Assembly: GCA_951406725.2 (NCBI GenBank) | Contig: OX597827.1 | Coordinates: forward strand, 5,394,001-5,458,000 | DNA length: 64,000 nucleotides | Direction: 5' to 3' | From: Octopus vulgaris | Lineage: Eukaryota | Part shown: positions 12,522 through 25,426 of the stretch, piece by piece | Layout: each line of letters begins with the position of its first letter | Numbering within the stretch: the stretch's first letter is position 1 | Made by a program: the position numbers and the translations under genes | Notes under the pieces: generated by a model | Database searches by the model: none | Seen by the model: only the letters and a program-made list of their open reading frames with translations | Told to the model about the DNA's origin: nothing

Positions 12522-13097
12522 TTTTACATTTAGCATTTAAACTGGCCATATCTGGTCAAAATATTCTGCCTCTTTTATGCTCAAACTGGCCAGATCCAGC
12601 ATCTCATACCCACCCTATAATGTCATGGGAAAAATAAACGATCACATCATAGAAATGATCATGCATGATTAATTTAAGACAATGGGAATAAATAAGCATT
12701 ACATTTGTATTGCTTATTTATTATACTAGCAGTATTGCCCGGCGTTGCTCGGGTTTGTAAGGGAAATAACTATATAAGCATTTTTAGAGAGTTATAGCCA
12801 AAAAATAGCAAAAAAATGCATTAAAAATGGAAAAAAAATGATGGTAAATTTTTTTAAAATCGTAGACTCATCGTAGATGCGCGCTAATACCCAGAAGGGC
12901 TCGATATGAATCACGACTATAAGATACCTGGTTTTGGTTAAACTGCACTGCAAAATGTGGGAGTAGTTAGGAATCTAAATCGTAGGAGACAGACAGCACA
13001 CAACCTCACTTTTATATATAAAGATATGTAATAAGCATTACATTTGTAATGCTTATTTATTATATATGCCCAGTGTAATCTGAGTTCTAAAGGGTTA
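12522..13097. mobile_element. TTAA-flanked MITE (piggyBac-type) interrupted by a Helitron
   Basis: Matches the intact copies at 20862-21090 and 53064-53292; ends CTAAAGGGTTAA. Confidence 0.7.
12726..13024 (-). mobile_element. Non-autonomous Helitron
   Basis: Minus strand starts TC and ends CTAG, with a subterminal hairpin CCCGAGCAACGCCGGG, inserted between A and T; second copy at 62687. Confidence 0.85.
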
Positions 13098-13685
13098 ACA
13101 ACCATTTTTTTACCCTTGCTTGTGTAGCTTGGACAATCCTTCTTAAACACAATGTCTTGCGATTTATATAGTAGTTTATTGTAGTTTTTTCATAATAAAG
13201 TGAAAAGTGGTGCTAACAGCCTGCATCAGTTCTTTCTATCTTTTCTGGTCTTCTAAGTTTCTTTCACTTGAATTCCTCGTTACTTCTTTACCGAGATAGA
13301 AGGGCTTCATTGTTGTCAGTACCATTGTTGTAGTAATGGTGTCTCGTACTTTTCAATATAGGAGTGGAGAACGTTGGCGTTTGAATCACAATTCATTGTC
13401 TGTTGCATTTGTACAGCATCCAGTAGGGAAAGCATATATAGAACATCTAGCTGTTACAGAACACAATAATAATTTGCAGCAGCAGTAATTATTCACTTAG
13501 CTTAAGTTTGGCACCATCGTTTGGTGCATTCTCCAAGAGAAAATGTGAATAATGTGCCTACCATTCATAATATCAGTCATACAGATGTATATTTTCTAGC
13601 AATTAAGAGAAACCTTTAACCCGCTCATATCCAGCCCAAATATTCTATCTCCTTTATGTTCCAACCAGCCTCTCACACCTACCAT

Positions 13686-14107
13686 ACTCTTTATTCTATT
13701 ACTCTTTTACTTGTTTCAGTCATGTGGCTGTGGCCATGCTGGAGCACCGCCTTTAGCCGAGCAAATCGACCCCTGGACTTATTCTTTGTAAGCCTAGTAC
13801 TTATTCTATTGGTCTCTTTTTTCCAAACCGCTATGTTAAGGGGACATAAACACACCAGCATCAGCTGTCAAGGGATGTTGCGGGGTGAGGACAGACACAC
13901 AAACATATACACACACATACATATATATATATATATACATATATACATATACACAATGGGCTTCTTTCAGTTCCCGTCTCCCAAATCCACTCACAAGGCT
14001 TTGGTCAGCCCGAGGCTATTGTAGAAGACACTTGCCCAAGGTGCCATGCAGTGGGACTGAACCCAGAACCATGTTGTTCATAAGCAAGCTACTTACCACA
14101 CAGCCAC
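13686..14107 (-). mobile_element. SINE family A nested in a TTAA MITE (~13617-14232)
   Basis: Family A match; MITE halves lie on both sides. Confidence 0.88.
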
Positions 14108-14377
14108 ATTATAAAAACAAACAACCAGGTTATTGAAATCATGAAGTTATAAGATAATGACTGATAAATTCAAAACAGTGTGAATAAATAAGCATTACAC
14201 TTAATAAGAGTAATCTGAATGCTAAAGAGATAAACAAGAGTTAGTTTCTGCATTGTAAGATTTAGCAAAAACAGGTCCTTTTTTTTATTTATGCCTTCAG
14301 TATATTTATATGAAATCAGTAAATGCAAACTATACATGATATTTCCATTTTAAAAATACTGACTTTTACAACATCCA

Positions 14378-14622
14378 CTGGTGCATGGCTTAGTGGTTAG
14401 GGCGTCAGCATCATGATCGTAAGATTGTGGTTTTGATACCTGGACTGGGCGATGCATTGTATTCTTAAGCAAAACACTTCATTTCACGTTGCTCCAGTCC
14501 ACTCAGCTGACAAAAATGAGAAAGGCTGTGATGGACTGGCGTCCCATCCAGCTGGGGAACACATACGCCATAGAAACCAGGAAACTGGGCCCATGAGCCT
14601 GGCTAGGCTTTAAAAGGGCACA
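14378..14622 (+). mobile_element. tRNA-derived SINE with a V-domain-like core
   Basis: TGGCTTAGTGGTTAGG head; CTGTGATGGACTGGCGTCCCATCCAG resembles the V-SINE core. Confidence 0.65.
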
Positions 14623-14834
14623 TTAAGATTAATTACAACATTCCTTAGCATTATTATGTAAAATAAGGCCAAACACTTGTCAATTTGAATCACACACCCA
14701 TGTTATGCAGCTTTTCTTTTAGATAATCTTCAATTATTCATTTTGAAAACTAAATTATAAACTAATACATGTCCTTAAAAGAAATAAAAGTGAGGTTATT
14801 CCAGAATTTAATGTCTTCCAGCATTCTGTTGCAA

Positions 14835-15420
14835 CTACAATTTCAAGGAACAGAAATTGTGGGGGGAATCTGTGGAAGGAGTCGACCCAAGAAGATATTG
14901 AACAAGGTGGTAAGAAAGGATTTCCAGATGTTGGGCCTCTCTGGGGACATGATGAGGAAACAAGACTTTTAGCAATTTGCTGTGCTTGCGAAGATATGTC
15001 AAACTAAATATAATTGTGGCCACCCATGCATACTGGCAGGTCTTTTATGGCCCATGGCCCATGCTGGCACCACGTAAAAAGCACTTGTGCCACTGCCATG
15101 TAGATAGCTCTCATGTTGGCACCATGGGAACAACACTTGTGCTCGTGCCATGTAAAAAAACACTCATGCCGGCACCACATAAAGAGCACTCTTGCTGGTG
15201 CCATGGGAAAAGTATTCACGCTGGTGCCACGTAAAAGCACCCATACTGCTGCCACCAAAAAAAAACCCTGGCACACTCTGTAAAGGGGTTGGTAATAGGA
15301 AAGGCATCCAGATATAGAAACCAGGCCAAAACGGGACAAATGGAGCCGGGACAGCTCTCTGGCTGGCCAGTTGCTGTGAAACTGTCTAACCCATGCCAGC
15401 ATAGAAAACAGACGTTTAAA
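14835..15420 (+). mobile_element. RTE LINE 3' fragment (ORF C-terminus and 3' UTR with ~27-bp tandem units)
   Basis: Translation VGGICGRSRPKKILNKVVRKDFQMLGL resembles the RTE C-terminal GRPRKTW..VVRKD motif; followed by a (GAT)n tail. Confidence 0.75.
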
Positions 15421-15570
15421 CGATGATGATGATGATGATGATGAAGAAGAAGAAGGAGGAGGAGGAGGAGAATGATGAGGATGATGATGGTGATGATGAT
15501 GGTGATAATGATGATGATGATGAGGAGGAGGAGGAGGAGGAGGAGGAGGAGGATGAGGAGGAGAATGATG

Positions 15571-15604
<34 letters not shown>

Positions 15605-15615
15605 GGATGATGATG

Positions 15616-15661
<46 letters not shown>

Positions 15662-15750
15662 GGAGGAGGAGGAGGAGGAGAATGATGAGGAGGATGATGA
15701 TGGTGATGATGATGAGGATGATGATGAGGGATGATGATGAGGAGGAGGAA
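15421..15750. repeat. Compound (GAT/GAG)n trinucleotide tract, expanded LINE tail
   Basis: Directly visible; source of the poly-D/E, poly-S and poly-M ORFs. Confidence 0.95.
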
Positions 15751-16646
15751 ATAGTTTAAAGTTAAAAATACACTGCTGTGCTAATATTATTATTATCAAA
15801 TAAATGTGAATTACTCACATCTCTAGCCAGGGATTGCATGTATATGTTTACTCTAATCAAATCATCAGTCTTCTTCATATGTAAATTTGCTGCTTTTGTG
15901 AAAGACTGCCAATGTATATTTAATACGAGCATACAGTGCCTTAATTGAATAGGCCACAAATATATAAAAATGAGTCAATATTGGACAAGGAATGCGTCCT
16001 CCTCTTTAAATGGATCACTGATAGCTATTCAATCAGCTAAACTCATTTTTGTTTCTTTGTTAGGGAAATAAGAGTGATAAAGTTTAGGGGAATATGAGCG
16101 ATAATGTTTAGGAGAATAAAGATGGTGCTATGCTAAATGGTTATCAAAAGTCTCATCTTAATGTAAGCATGTTCAATCTACAAATAACAGAAACCAAAAT
16201 ACATTAATTAATCTCACCTACTCCCACATCTTCATCATTATCAGGTTATTAACCATTAGTTATTGAATAACTGAAACCAGACTTTCAATGCTTGTAGGGC
16301 TTATTATCTTGACACACCAGCTCAGCTATAATCTTTTATTGCCTATCCAAGTATTTATTATATTAACTGTTGGGGCTTAAAAGCTAAGCTGATCTTGGCA
16401 GGAATCAAACTCACAACTGTAAATTATCAAAGAGATGCTACAGTTTAGTGCTTTCGACTTGGCAATATAACATGTGGCTGTTTGCATGTTAATTCTACTA
16501 CGTTCACTCTGTACAAGTAGAAGCAAAGTATTGATTTCTGACAAAAACAGTAAGCCACAAATTTTTCCGTGGAATTCAATTGGGATTATGTGACATTCAT
16601 ACATTTCTTATGTATTTTTGATATAACGGATAGAAGAAAAAATACT

Positions 16647-16873
16647 TAACCCTTTCATTACTGTATTTATTTTGAGATGCTCTGTGTTTCTTTCAATTAT
16701 TTTAAATATAACAAAGAATTTAGTAAAATAACTTAGTTATCGTTAACCTAGTGTTAGGAACGCAAATTGTGACTAAGGCTTGGTAAAATATTTTAATTCA
16801 AAACTTATGAAAACAAGACATTTTACCACAGAGCCAGAGCCGGTTTTAGCCAGGTTAGTAACAAAATACTTAA
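16647..16873. mobile_element. TTAA-flanked MITE, second family
   Basis: Begins TTAACCCTTTCATTAC and ends with a degenerate GTAACAAAATACTTAA. Confidence 0.6.
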
Positions 16874-17455
16874 TATTTCTTGATAGAAGCATTAGATCTT
16901 GCATATATGTACAAACTGCAGTATATGTTTGTATATGTGGTTACTATGTCATGACAGGATGCATGTATGTGTCTTTGTATATTAAGAATGGTCTTCATTT
17001 CTTTGATTAGAGAATGGACATCTGATTCATGGTAGAGGCATGGCCACATTGTTATGAGTTTCTCAGTGGCAAATGAATCAGAACCAGCAAAGAATTCCTT
17101 AAGTCACTAGTAGAATATAAATGGAAAGATAGTGACACTAAAGACATGCATACATTTACACACACACACATACAAACACATTCACATACATGCCTATATA
17201 GATTATGTGTGTATGTGTGTGAATCTGTCTATAGAAGGTCCTTGAAATAGAAAAAAACAGTACAATCAGTATATTGGTAACAGAATGAATGCAATTTGAA
17301 TACCACATCTCTTTGTGTGTCAGTCTTTCCTAAGCTGAGATTTATTTGACCAAGCATATTTTTGCAATAGTTTACAATATTGGATTCAAATATATGAGTG
17401 AGTGTGTGTGTGTGTGTGTGGAGGGTGGGGAGAGAGAGAGAGAACATAGACAGAT

Positions 17456-17498
<43 letters not shown>

Positions 17499-17519
17499 GT
17501 GTTTGTGTATGTATGTATA

Positions 17520-17743
17520 TACTCTTTACTCTTTTACACTTTTACTTGTTTCGGTCATTTGACTGTGGCCATGCTGGAGCACCACCTTTAGTTGAGCAAA
17601 TCGACCCAAGGACTTATTCTTTGTAAGCCTAGTACTTGTTCTATCAGTCTCTTTTGCTGAACCACTAAGTTACGGGGACATAAACACACACCAGCATTGG
17701 TTGTCAAGTGATGTTGGGAGGACAAACACAGACACACAAACAT

Positions 17744-17780
<37 letters not shown>

Positions 17781-17938
17781 CGGCGGGCTTCTTTCAGTTT
17801 CCATCTACCAAATCCACTTATAAGACTTTGGTCAGCCCAAAGCTATAGTAGAAGACACTTGCCCAAGGTGCCATGCAGTAGGACTGAACCCAGAACCATA
17901 TGGTTGGTAAGCAAGCTACTTACCACACAGCCACTCCT
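17520..17938 (-). mobile_element. SINE family A
   Basis: Match to family A. Confidence 0.9.
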
Positions 17939-18513
17939 ATTATATATTTATATTTTATGTGTGCGTTTTAATATTTTGCTTAGGTATTGTGATGCTAACA
18001 AGCTGGTGTAGAACTCAATAAGTATGCCTCTGAAGGAAGTGTTGGTCAAGTGAAAAATGGTAATAAGAGCAGAGATGGCAATGGAATAAACGATTATCTT
18101 ATGAACTTTGTTAGCATACAACTGGTTCCACTATAAGATGTGGTGGACTCACAGTTGAGTGGCTGAGTAACTCTTTACAGAACTTTATGCATGTGTCTAT
18201 GTGTAAGATGTTGAATTAATAAATTAGCAAATGTCTCAGTCTACAAAAATTGATAACTCTCCACTAAAATAAATACTTTTGTTTGATTAATCTTTCATTT
18301 GTTTATTTTATTTTTTTTAACTTGTTTCTATAATTGGACGGTGGTCATGCTAGGGCAATGCCCTGAATGGTTTTTCAGTCAATCAAATCAACTCCAATAC
18401 TTATTTTAAGACTAGTTCCCACTTTAACTGACAGGATGAAACATTCTGTTCCTTAACAGGTTAGTAAATGTTCTGGTATTTTGTTTTAACCAAATCAGAA
18501 CAAACAAATTCTA

Positions 18514-18604
18514 AACAGTTATCGCCAAGCTAATATGGCAGTCCATAAATATAGGACGAAAGTTGCCGTTTATGGACTGCCATATTAGCTTGGCGATAAC
18601 TGTT
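18514..18604. repeat. Perfect 36-bp inverted repeat with a 19-nt loop (probable mini-MITE)
   Basis: AACAGTTATCGCCAAGCTAATATGGCAGTCCATAAA at 18514-18549 and its exact reverse complement at 18569-18604. Confidence 0.95.
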
Positions 18605-18797
18605 AATATCTAGTACTGCTGCCGTAGTCTCCTTTAGAGAGACTTAGAAATAATAATATTTTTAATTCTAAACAATTAAATAGAAATGAGTGTCCATGCT
18701 TTATGTTCAGCTTGTTCATAGTTGCTTGACTGGCTGGAAATAGCATCTACATCTCCTTTAAATCACATCCCACTGCCTAAAAATTAGAAAGGAGTCA

Positions 18798-19640
18798 GTC
18801 ATAGTTTTGTGTTCAGTCCCACTGTATAGCACTTGGGAAAGTGTCTTCTACTCCAGCTCTGGCTGATCAAATCCTTGGGTATTTGGTAGATGGAAACTGA
18901 AAGAAGCCTGTCATACATACATACATACATACATACATACATACATACATACATACATACATACATACATACATGCATACATACATACATGCATACATAC
19001 ATGCATACATACATACATACATACATACATACATACATACATACATACATACATACATACATGCATACATACATACATGCATACATACATACATACATGC
19101 ATACATACATACATGCATACATACATGCATGCATGCATGCATACATACATACATACATACATACATGCATACATGCATACATACATACATACATACATAC
19201 ATACAACATACATACATATATGCATACATACATACATACATGCATGCATACATATATACACACACACATGTAGTGTTGATGTTTGTATGTTTGTGTGGAA
19301 TAGACATTTTATTGCCTGATAGTTGAAAATGAGCATCACCATCACACATGCACTGTCCTTTATTTTCCAATCTTTTGTGTTGGTCATGGGCGAAATATTA
19401 CTTTACTTGGAAACAGAATGATGTTTGACAACAAGAAGACCATTTGACCATTGAAAATCTGCCTCTTTAAATTTCACCAAACTCATGGTAGTATGGAAAA
19501 GTGGACTTTAAAACGATGCAGTTCAGTGAAAAGAGCCTGATAGAATAAGAACTAGTCTTAAAATAAGTTGATTTGATTGACTGAAAGACCATTCAGGGCA
19601 TTGCCCTAGCATGACTGCCGTCCAATTATAGAAACAAGTA
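18798..19640 (+). mobile_element. Diverged SINE family A with a ~350-bp internal (TACA/TGCA)n expansion
   Basis: Head at 18798-18910, microsatellite at 18912-19268, 3' part at ~19520-19640. Confidence 0.75.
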
Positions 19641-19974
19641 AAAAAAAATAATAAACAAACAAATGAAAGATTAATCATATATGGTTTGTCCCTTCGCTAG
19701 TTGAATGTCTGAATGGAGATAAAATATTTCAGAAAGAGAATTCTTTCTGGATTTTCATTTGTGCATGAATATTCTTCAGATAGGTTTCGGATTCAATTGT
19801 GTAGAAAATTGGAATGGACAATTATCTTTTCCATCAGGCTCACATTTCAATACATTGTCCAATAAATGATTGTGAGTACAAGCGACTTCCATTTTTTCTC
19901 TGCTGATCTGGAATAGGGAATTTCCTGGTATGAAATGGTATCCCAAGCCTGCTTATGGTAAGATCAAACATATT

Positions 19975-20440
19975 TTGTTGAATAATTAGCTATCTATAAG
20001 AGTGAAGAATGAGTCTTGGAGGCATACATTCAACCTATCCTCATATATGGTTATGTGATTTGATGGATTATCAACTAACAAGTGCAGAAGCTTATCAGAG
20101 CTGCAGAGATAAATACTGAGGGTATCTTATGTAGATAAAGTAGAGACAAACAGTGAGGTTCTTAGATGAGTAAAGACCATCAGTAATCTTTTCAACAACA
20201 TAAGGAGACAACAGGCTTAGTTCAGTGTACAGCATATGAAAAGAAAATACATTGAGCACTTGATAATGATGGAAATACTGAAAGAAAAACATTGGGGAAG
20301 AAAGAGAGCCAAGGTTTATATGATAACCTTAGTAGCTAGCTTCATAAGGACCAGGTCAATAATGTGCTAAGTTGTGAGCAGAGGAATGTAGAAGGCCATG
20401 GTCACCTATGCCTTTAGGAATGGCACGTGAAAGAGATGAT
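19975..20440 (+). mobile_element. Degenerate RTE-type LINE ORF C-terminus
   Basis: Relic translations LEAYIQPILIYG, LRVSYVDKV..NSEVL and AMVTYAFRNGT*. Confidence 0.65.
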
Positions 20441-20861
20441 ATCAGAAGTTTGGTAAAATTGTTACTTTCTAATGAATGTGTTCCAATTCAACTCCTGCCA
20501 TAAATGTGATAACTATCATATCGTCAAGAGTCAGTGAAAGAACCTCTAGGTAGCTGTTCAGAATGCAGAAATATCAGCCTATTCTCCCTCATCTGCAATA
20601 AAGGAAAGGACGTATTAGATTATGTAGTTGAAGATATCTCTAAAATGATGTGGAGGTCTTAAGTGGAATACATTTAACGTCTTTCTACTCAGAGTTCATC
20701 TGGAGATAAACAATGACAAAATGGCTGCTAAATTTGCTTTCCAATTTCTAGGTTTGTATCTTTCTTATGAACCCTACTTCTGCCTGTGTTCTCTCTCATA
20801 AACGAACATAATAAAACCTGTCCACTGTACTGTCCAATTGTTTCAACATTTACATAATGGT

Positions 20862-21090
20862 TTAACCCTTTAGCATTTAAACCAGCCATATCCGGCCAAA
20901 AGTATTCTGCCTGTTTTAAGTTCAAACTGGCCAGATCTGGTCTCTCACACCAGCCCTACAATATCGTTTTAAAAATTAACAACTACCTCATCAAAATCTC
21001 AAAGCTACAAGATAATGCCTGATTAGTTCAAGGCAATGTGGGTAAAAAAGGATTAATTTTGGCAGAATAATGCAAACACTAAAAGGTTAA
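20862..21090. mobile_element. TTAA-flanked MITE (piggyBac-type)
   Basis: TTAA-CCCTTTAG...CTAAAAGG-TTAA. Confidence 0.85.
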
Positions 21091-21638
21091 AGTTAGCTTA
21101 CATTGGACAGTTCCACAAACCTTAATTTACTTATGCATTTTAATATCATTTCATAATTGATTCCATTCTCATTTTGTCTGTTTGGCAGCTTCAAACAGTC
21201 GGTAATTCATATCAACTGTTTCTGATATGTGTTGCATCTCTGGGAAAGATGCTCAACCTCCAAGGGTCTCTTGCAGATATTCTAAAATAGGTACTATACA
21301 AACATGAAATGAAATTCATCTTCGTAACCAAAAATGGGTACCAGATCAGTTGAATGTTTGTTACCTTTAACTTCTTGGCTCACATGCTTATTATTAAAGC
21401 AGAAGGAAAAAAATCAGACAAAATACGCATTAGTTCCAATAGACATACTTTTGGAAAATATTAATTTTCTTTTCAGTCTTGGAGTCCACTTGGGTAGCCT
21501 TGTACCCTTCATTTGAAGGTGTAGCTTTATGTTTCATACATTTATTTAATAGGGAAAAAATAATCAAATAAGGAATCTCAAATAAATCTTCAGTAGGTTA
21601 CTGCTCTGGCATTTGAATATCTGTGATTGTGTGGATGC

Positions 21639-21680
<42 letters not shown>

Positions 21681-21852
21681 GAAATGAGGTACTCAGAAAA
21701 TCGGATGGTTTATATTTACAGATATTTATTTGTATATTACATTTTTTATACATCATATAACTTAGATCATGTATTAGCGCTTTCTCCCATTCTAGTGGGG
21801 TTTTCAAATCAAACTAAGTTCCTGTGTGTACCTGCACATCATCTCCAAACCT

Positions 21853-21914
<62 letters not shown>

Positions 21915-22529
21915 TCACACACACGCATATATATGTATGCATGAATGTATGTGTATATATATATGTGTCTGTGTGTTTGTGTTTGTCTTTCACCAGATGA
22001 AAACTGATGTTGGTTTGTTTACACTTCCACAACGTAGCAACTCAGTAAAAATAAAATAACAGCAACAACCATAATAATGGTTTCAAATTTTGCCATAAGG
22101 GAGGTGAAATAAAGTAGAATAAGACCAACAGAACCAAACTGAGAAGCATCCTACAATAGGCCATATAAGGGATTGGCATGAAGACACTCACCAACTGGCT
22201 CACAAATGTGCTGTGTTTCCTTACTCTGCTTTTTCAATAAGAATATCAGCTATTCAGAGCTGGCCACCGTATGCCATACCTACTAAGACATTTCTGACTC
22301 CCTTGCTGTCTCTCCTCTTATAATTTATATTAAGTCCACCCAATTCAAGCCCTGCACTAACCACTGTACGCTGCCCTTTTTTCTCCGGAAGGTCAATTCT
22401 CTAGAAATCCTTCCCTTCCCATATTCTTCATGCATTCATGAACTTATTTAATTGATTTCACTGTCTTGCGGGATCTGCAAAGGCTAATAACCCAATAACA
22501 CAATCCTTCCTTCAGATCAAATCATTAAT

Positions 22530-22541
22530 ATGTATATATGC

Positions 22542-22574
<33 letters not shown>

Positions 22575-22805
22575 TGTATGTGTGTATGTGTGTATGTATG
22601 TATGTATGTATGTATGTATGTATGTATGTATGTATGTATGTGTGTATGTATGTATGTATGTATGTATGTATTTATGTATGTACGTATGTATGCATGTATG
22701 CATGCATGTATGTACGTATGTATGCATGTGTGTATGCATGTATGTATGCATGTATGTTTCTATGTATGCATGCATGTATGTATGTGTGTGTGTGTGTGTG
22801 TGTAT
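22530..22805. repeat. (TATG)n compound microsatellite
   Basis: Directly visible. Confidence 0.95.
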
Positions 22806-23532
22806 GTCTGTATATATCCATGTATACATATACACACATACATAGATAAGTATATACTTATGTACAAAGCTTACATATATGTTTGTTTTACAGATCATAA
22901 GACTTTTAAGAGAGCCATACCATTGTGATTGAAATCCTAGAGAACATTAAATATTTCTCAGAAAAATTCCTTATTAAATAATTTGATAAAATGTCTTCAG
23001 ATTTCTAATAAAATATTATAAGAAATATTTTTAAAAAATAATAAAATTGCATTTCACCACTCAATTTTATATTGACCTACATCCCTAACTTGAACTTTAT
23101 TAATCTTGATATCTTAACATTCTTCAAACAATATAGATTTATCATAATTAAATTTTGCTCTCACTGCATAATATAAATAAAAAACAAAAATATTTTACTT
23201 CCTTCCAGTCTCATGGTTAAAACTGTATTACTTTCATCATAGCATAAATGTTCTATCGTTTTATCATATTCCATATAAACTGATGAAGTTACACCAGGCC
23301 ATACTGTAATGATTCAAGCTAGAGGCTCGATTGTTTATGTTCACTCATCACAACTGCACTCTGTCCTTGAAATATTAATGAAAATATTAAGCAATATCTT
23401 GATGCTGCAGCAATTTTCAGAATTTACTTTTAAATGTAATTTTTTTCCAAGCGAGCAAAATATGAAATTTGATCTTAGTTTATGAATAAACTGTAACTTA
23501 ATTAACCAGTTCTCTGTTTGTTGGATCTAGTA

Positions 23533-24445
23533 CAGGAGTTCTCAAACATCTTCTTCCAACATATCCCCTACATGTCTAGCATTGGTGTACCCAATGTGAA
23601 GAATATTAGGTAAAATAGTTGGACACCATAGAACAGGCAATAAACCCATTGTTTCTGTTTTACTCTTTTACTTGTTTCAGTCGTTTGACTGCGGCCATGC
23701 TGGAGCACCGACTTTAGTCGAGCAAATCAACCCCAGGACTTATTCTTTGTAAGCCTAGTACTTATTCTATCAGTCTCTTTTGCCGAACCGCTAAGTGACG
23801 GAGACGTAAACACACCAGCATCAGTTGTCAAGCGATGTTAGGGGGACAAACTCAAACACACAAACACACACACACACATATATATATATACATATACATA
23901 TTATTGATTTACTCTTAATCTAATTTCATTTATTTCATAGAATTCAAATCCTGCCATGGTCTACATTGCCTTTTGTCCTCCTGGGGTCAGTAGAATAATG
24001 CACAGTTCACTACTGATTCAATTTAATCAACTTTCGGTTCTCAAGAATTTCAGTTAATTTAATATTATATTTTTATTAGATTGAGGAACTTGAATGTTTC
24101 TAACAAGTAACTCAAACCTAGACTCAGTTTCAGAAAGGCACACTTGCATACATTTCTCAATTAATAGCTCCCTGTCCACTGTTCTAGTAAAAGGGTTAGA
24201 AGAAATTTGTTTCTCCTAAAATTGATTTTTGCTGAAATTTTGATTTTGGGGTTGCAGAGTCCCTTGCTGATGATAATTGTATTGAAACAGCAAAAAATCT
24301 TCCCCTCATAACTTTGAGGTACATGAGTTGCATATTGGTCATTGTGATTGTTTCAAAATTCCAGTGCTTTTACAACCCTTGTGTGCCCTTGCAATTTCTC
24401 ATGGTTACACATCGGATCATGCATACCCCTGTTTGCGAACCCTTG
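23533..24445. mobile_element. Non-autonomous hAT-type DNA transposon with nested SINE fragments
   Basis: TIR-like ends CAGGAGTTCTCAAAC and GTTTGCGAACCCTTG; 8-bp flanks ATCTAGTA and AGCTAGTA (7/8 match); SINE A 3' half at 23660-23880 inside. Confidence 0.7.
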
Positions 24446-25367
24446 AGCTAGTACATTGAAGTAGTCGAAGAAAACATTTCTTTGTTTTGTATTTTGTAGG
24501 CCTGTACATTTAAAACTTTAAGTTCAACCTGTATGGGGATTGCACAAGAATATTTCTGTGGAGATTTACATGAAAAATAAAGAAAACATATCTGCAGGTA
24601 ATGTTATAAAATACTCAATATCATGTGTTGTACATTATCTTATGGAATCATAGAATTTGACAGTAAGCTGAGACAGGTGACTGATCAAATAATATATCTC
24701 TTGCATCTGAGTTCAAATTCTGCCAAAGTTGACTTTGCCTTTCATCTTTTCAGGGAAAATAAATTATGTACCAGTTGTGTTTTGGGCTTGATCTAATTGA
24801 CTGGCCCCCTCCCCCAAAATTTTGGGGAATATGCAAAAAGAATATACTTCTTGCATATTTGATAACAAATTCTTTCAGCATTAATAATGTGCTAGACAAA
24901 CCTTATACAAAACTTGTAAAAAGTTTAATGAACTATATTTTAAATGAATATTTTAATGGAAATAGTTTGATTATATTTTTGCTAACTGAGACACTCTAAT
25001 TTTAATAAAGGACACTAATTGTTAAACTTTTACAAATAACTGGAGTGTTAAACTACTTATAAATTGTACCTAAAGAAGCCCATCACACATTAACATACAT
25101 ACATCTATATATATATCTATGTATGTATATATGTGCATATCTTTGTGTATGTATGTCACCTACCACTGCTTGACAACCGATGCTGATTTATTTATGTTCC
25201 CTTAACTTGGCAGTTTGGCAAAAGAAAGTGTCAGGCTCCACAAATAAGTACTTGGGTCAATTTGTTTGACTAAACCCTTCAAGGGGGCACCCCAGCATAG
25301 CTGCACACCAGTGACTGAAACACATAAAAGATTAAAGATAAAAGATATATAAAAATATGTGTGTAGA

Positions 25368-25426
<59 letters not shown>

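Noticed and set aside
13315-13451. Minus-strand acceptor-like site followed by 44 open codons (LDVLYML...QQWY*) as Pcdh B exon 3
   Set aside because: Weak pyrimidine tract and no resemblance to protocadherin tails.
15416-15799. Poly-D/E, poly-S and poly-M/R ORFs
   Set aside because: A trinucleotide tract forming the tail of an RTE fragment.
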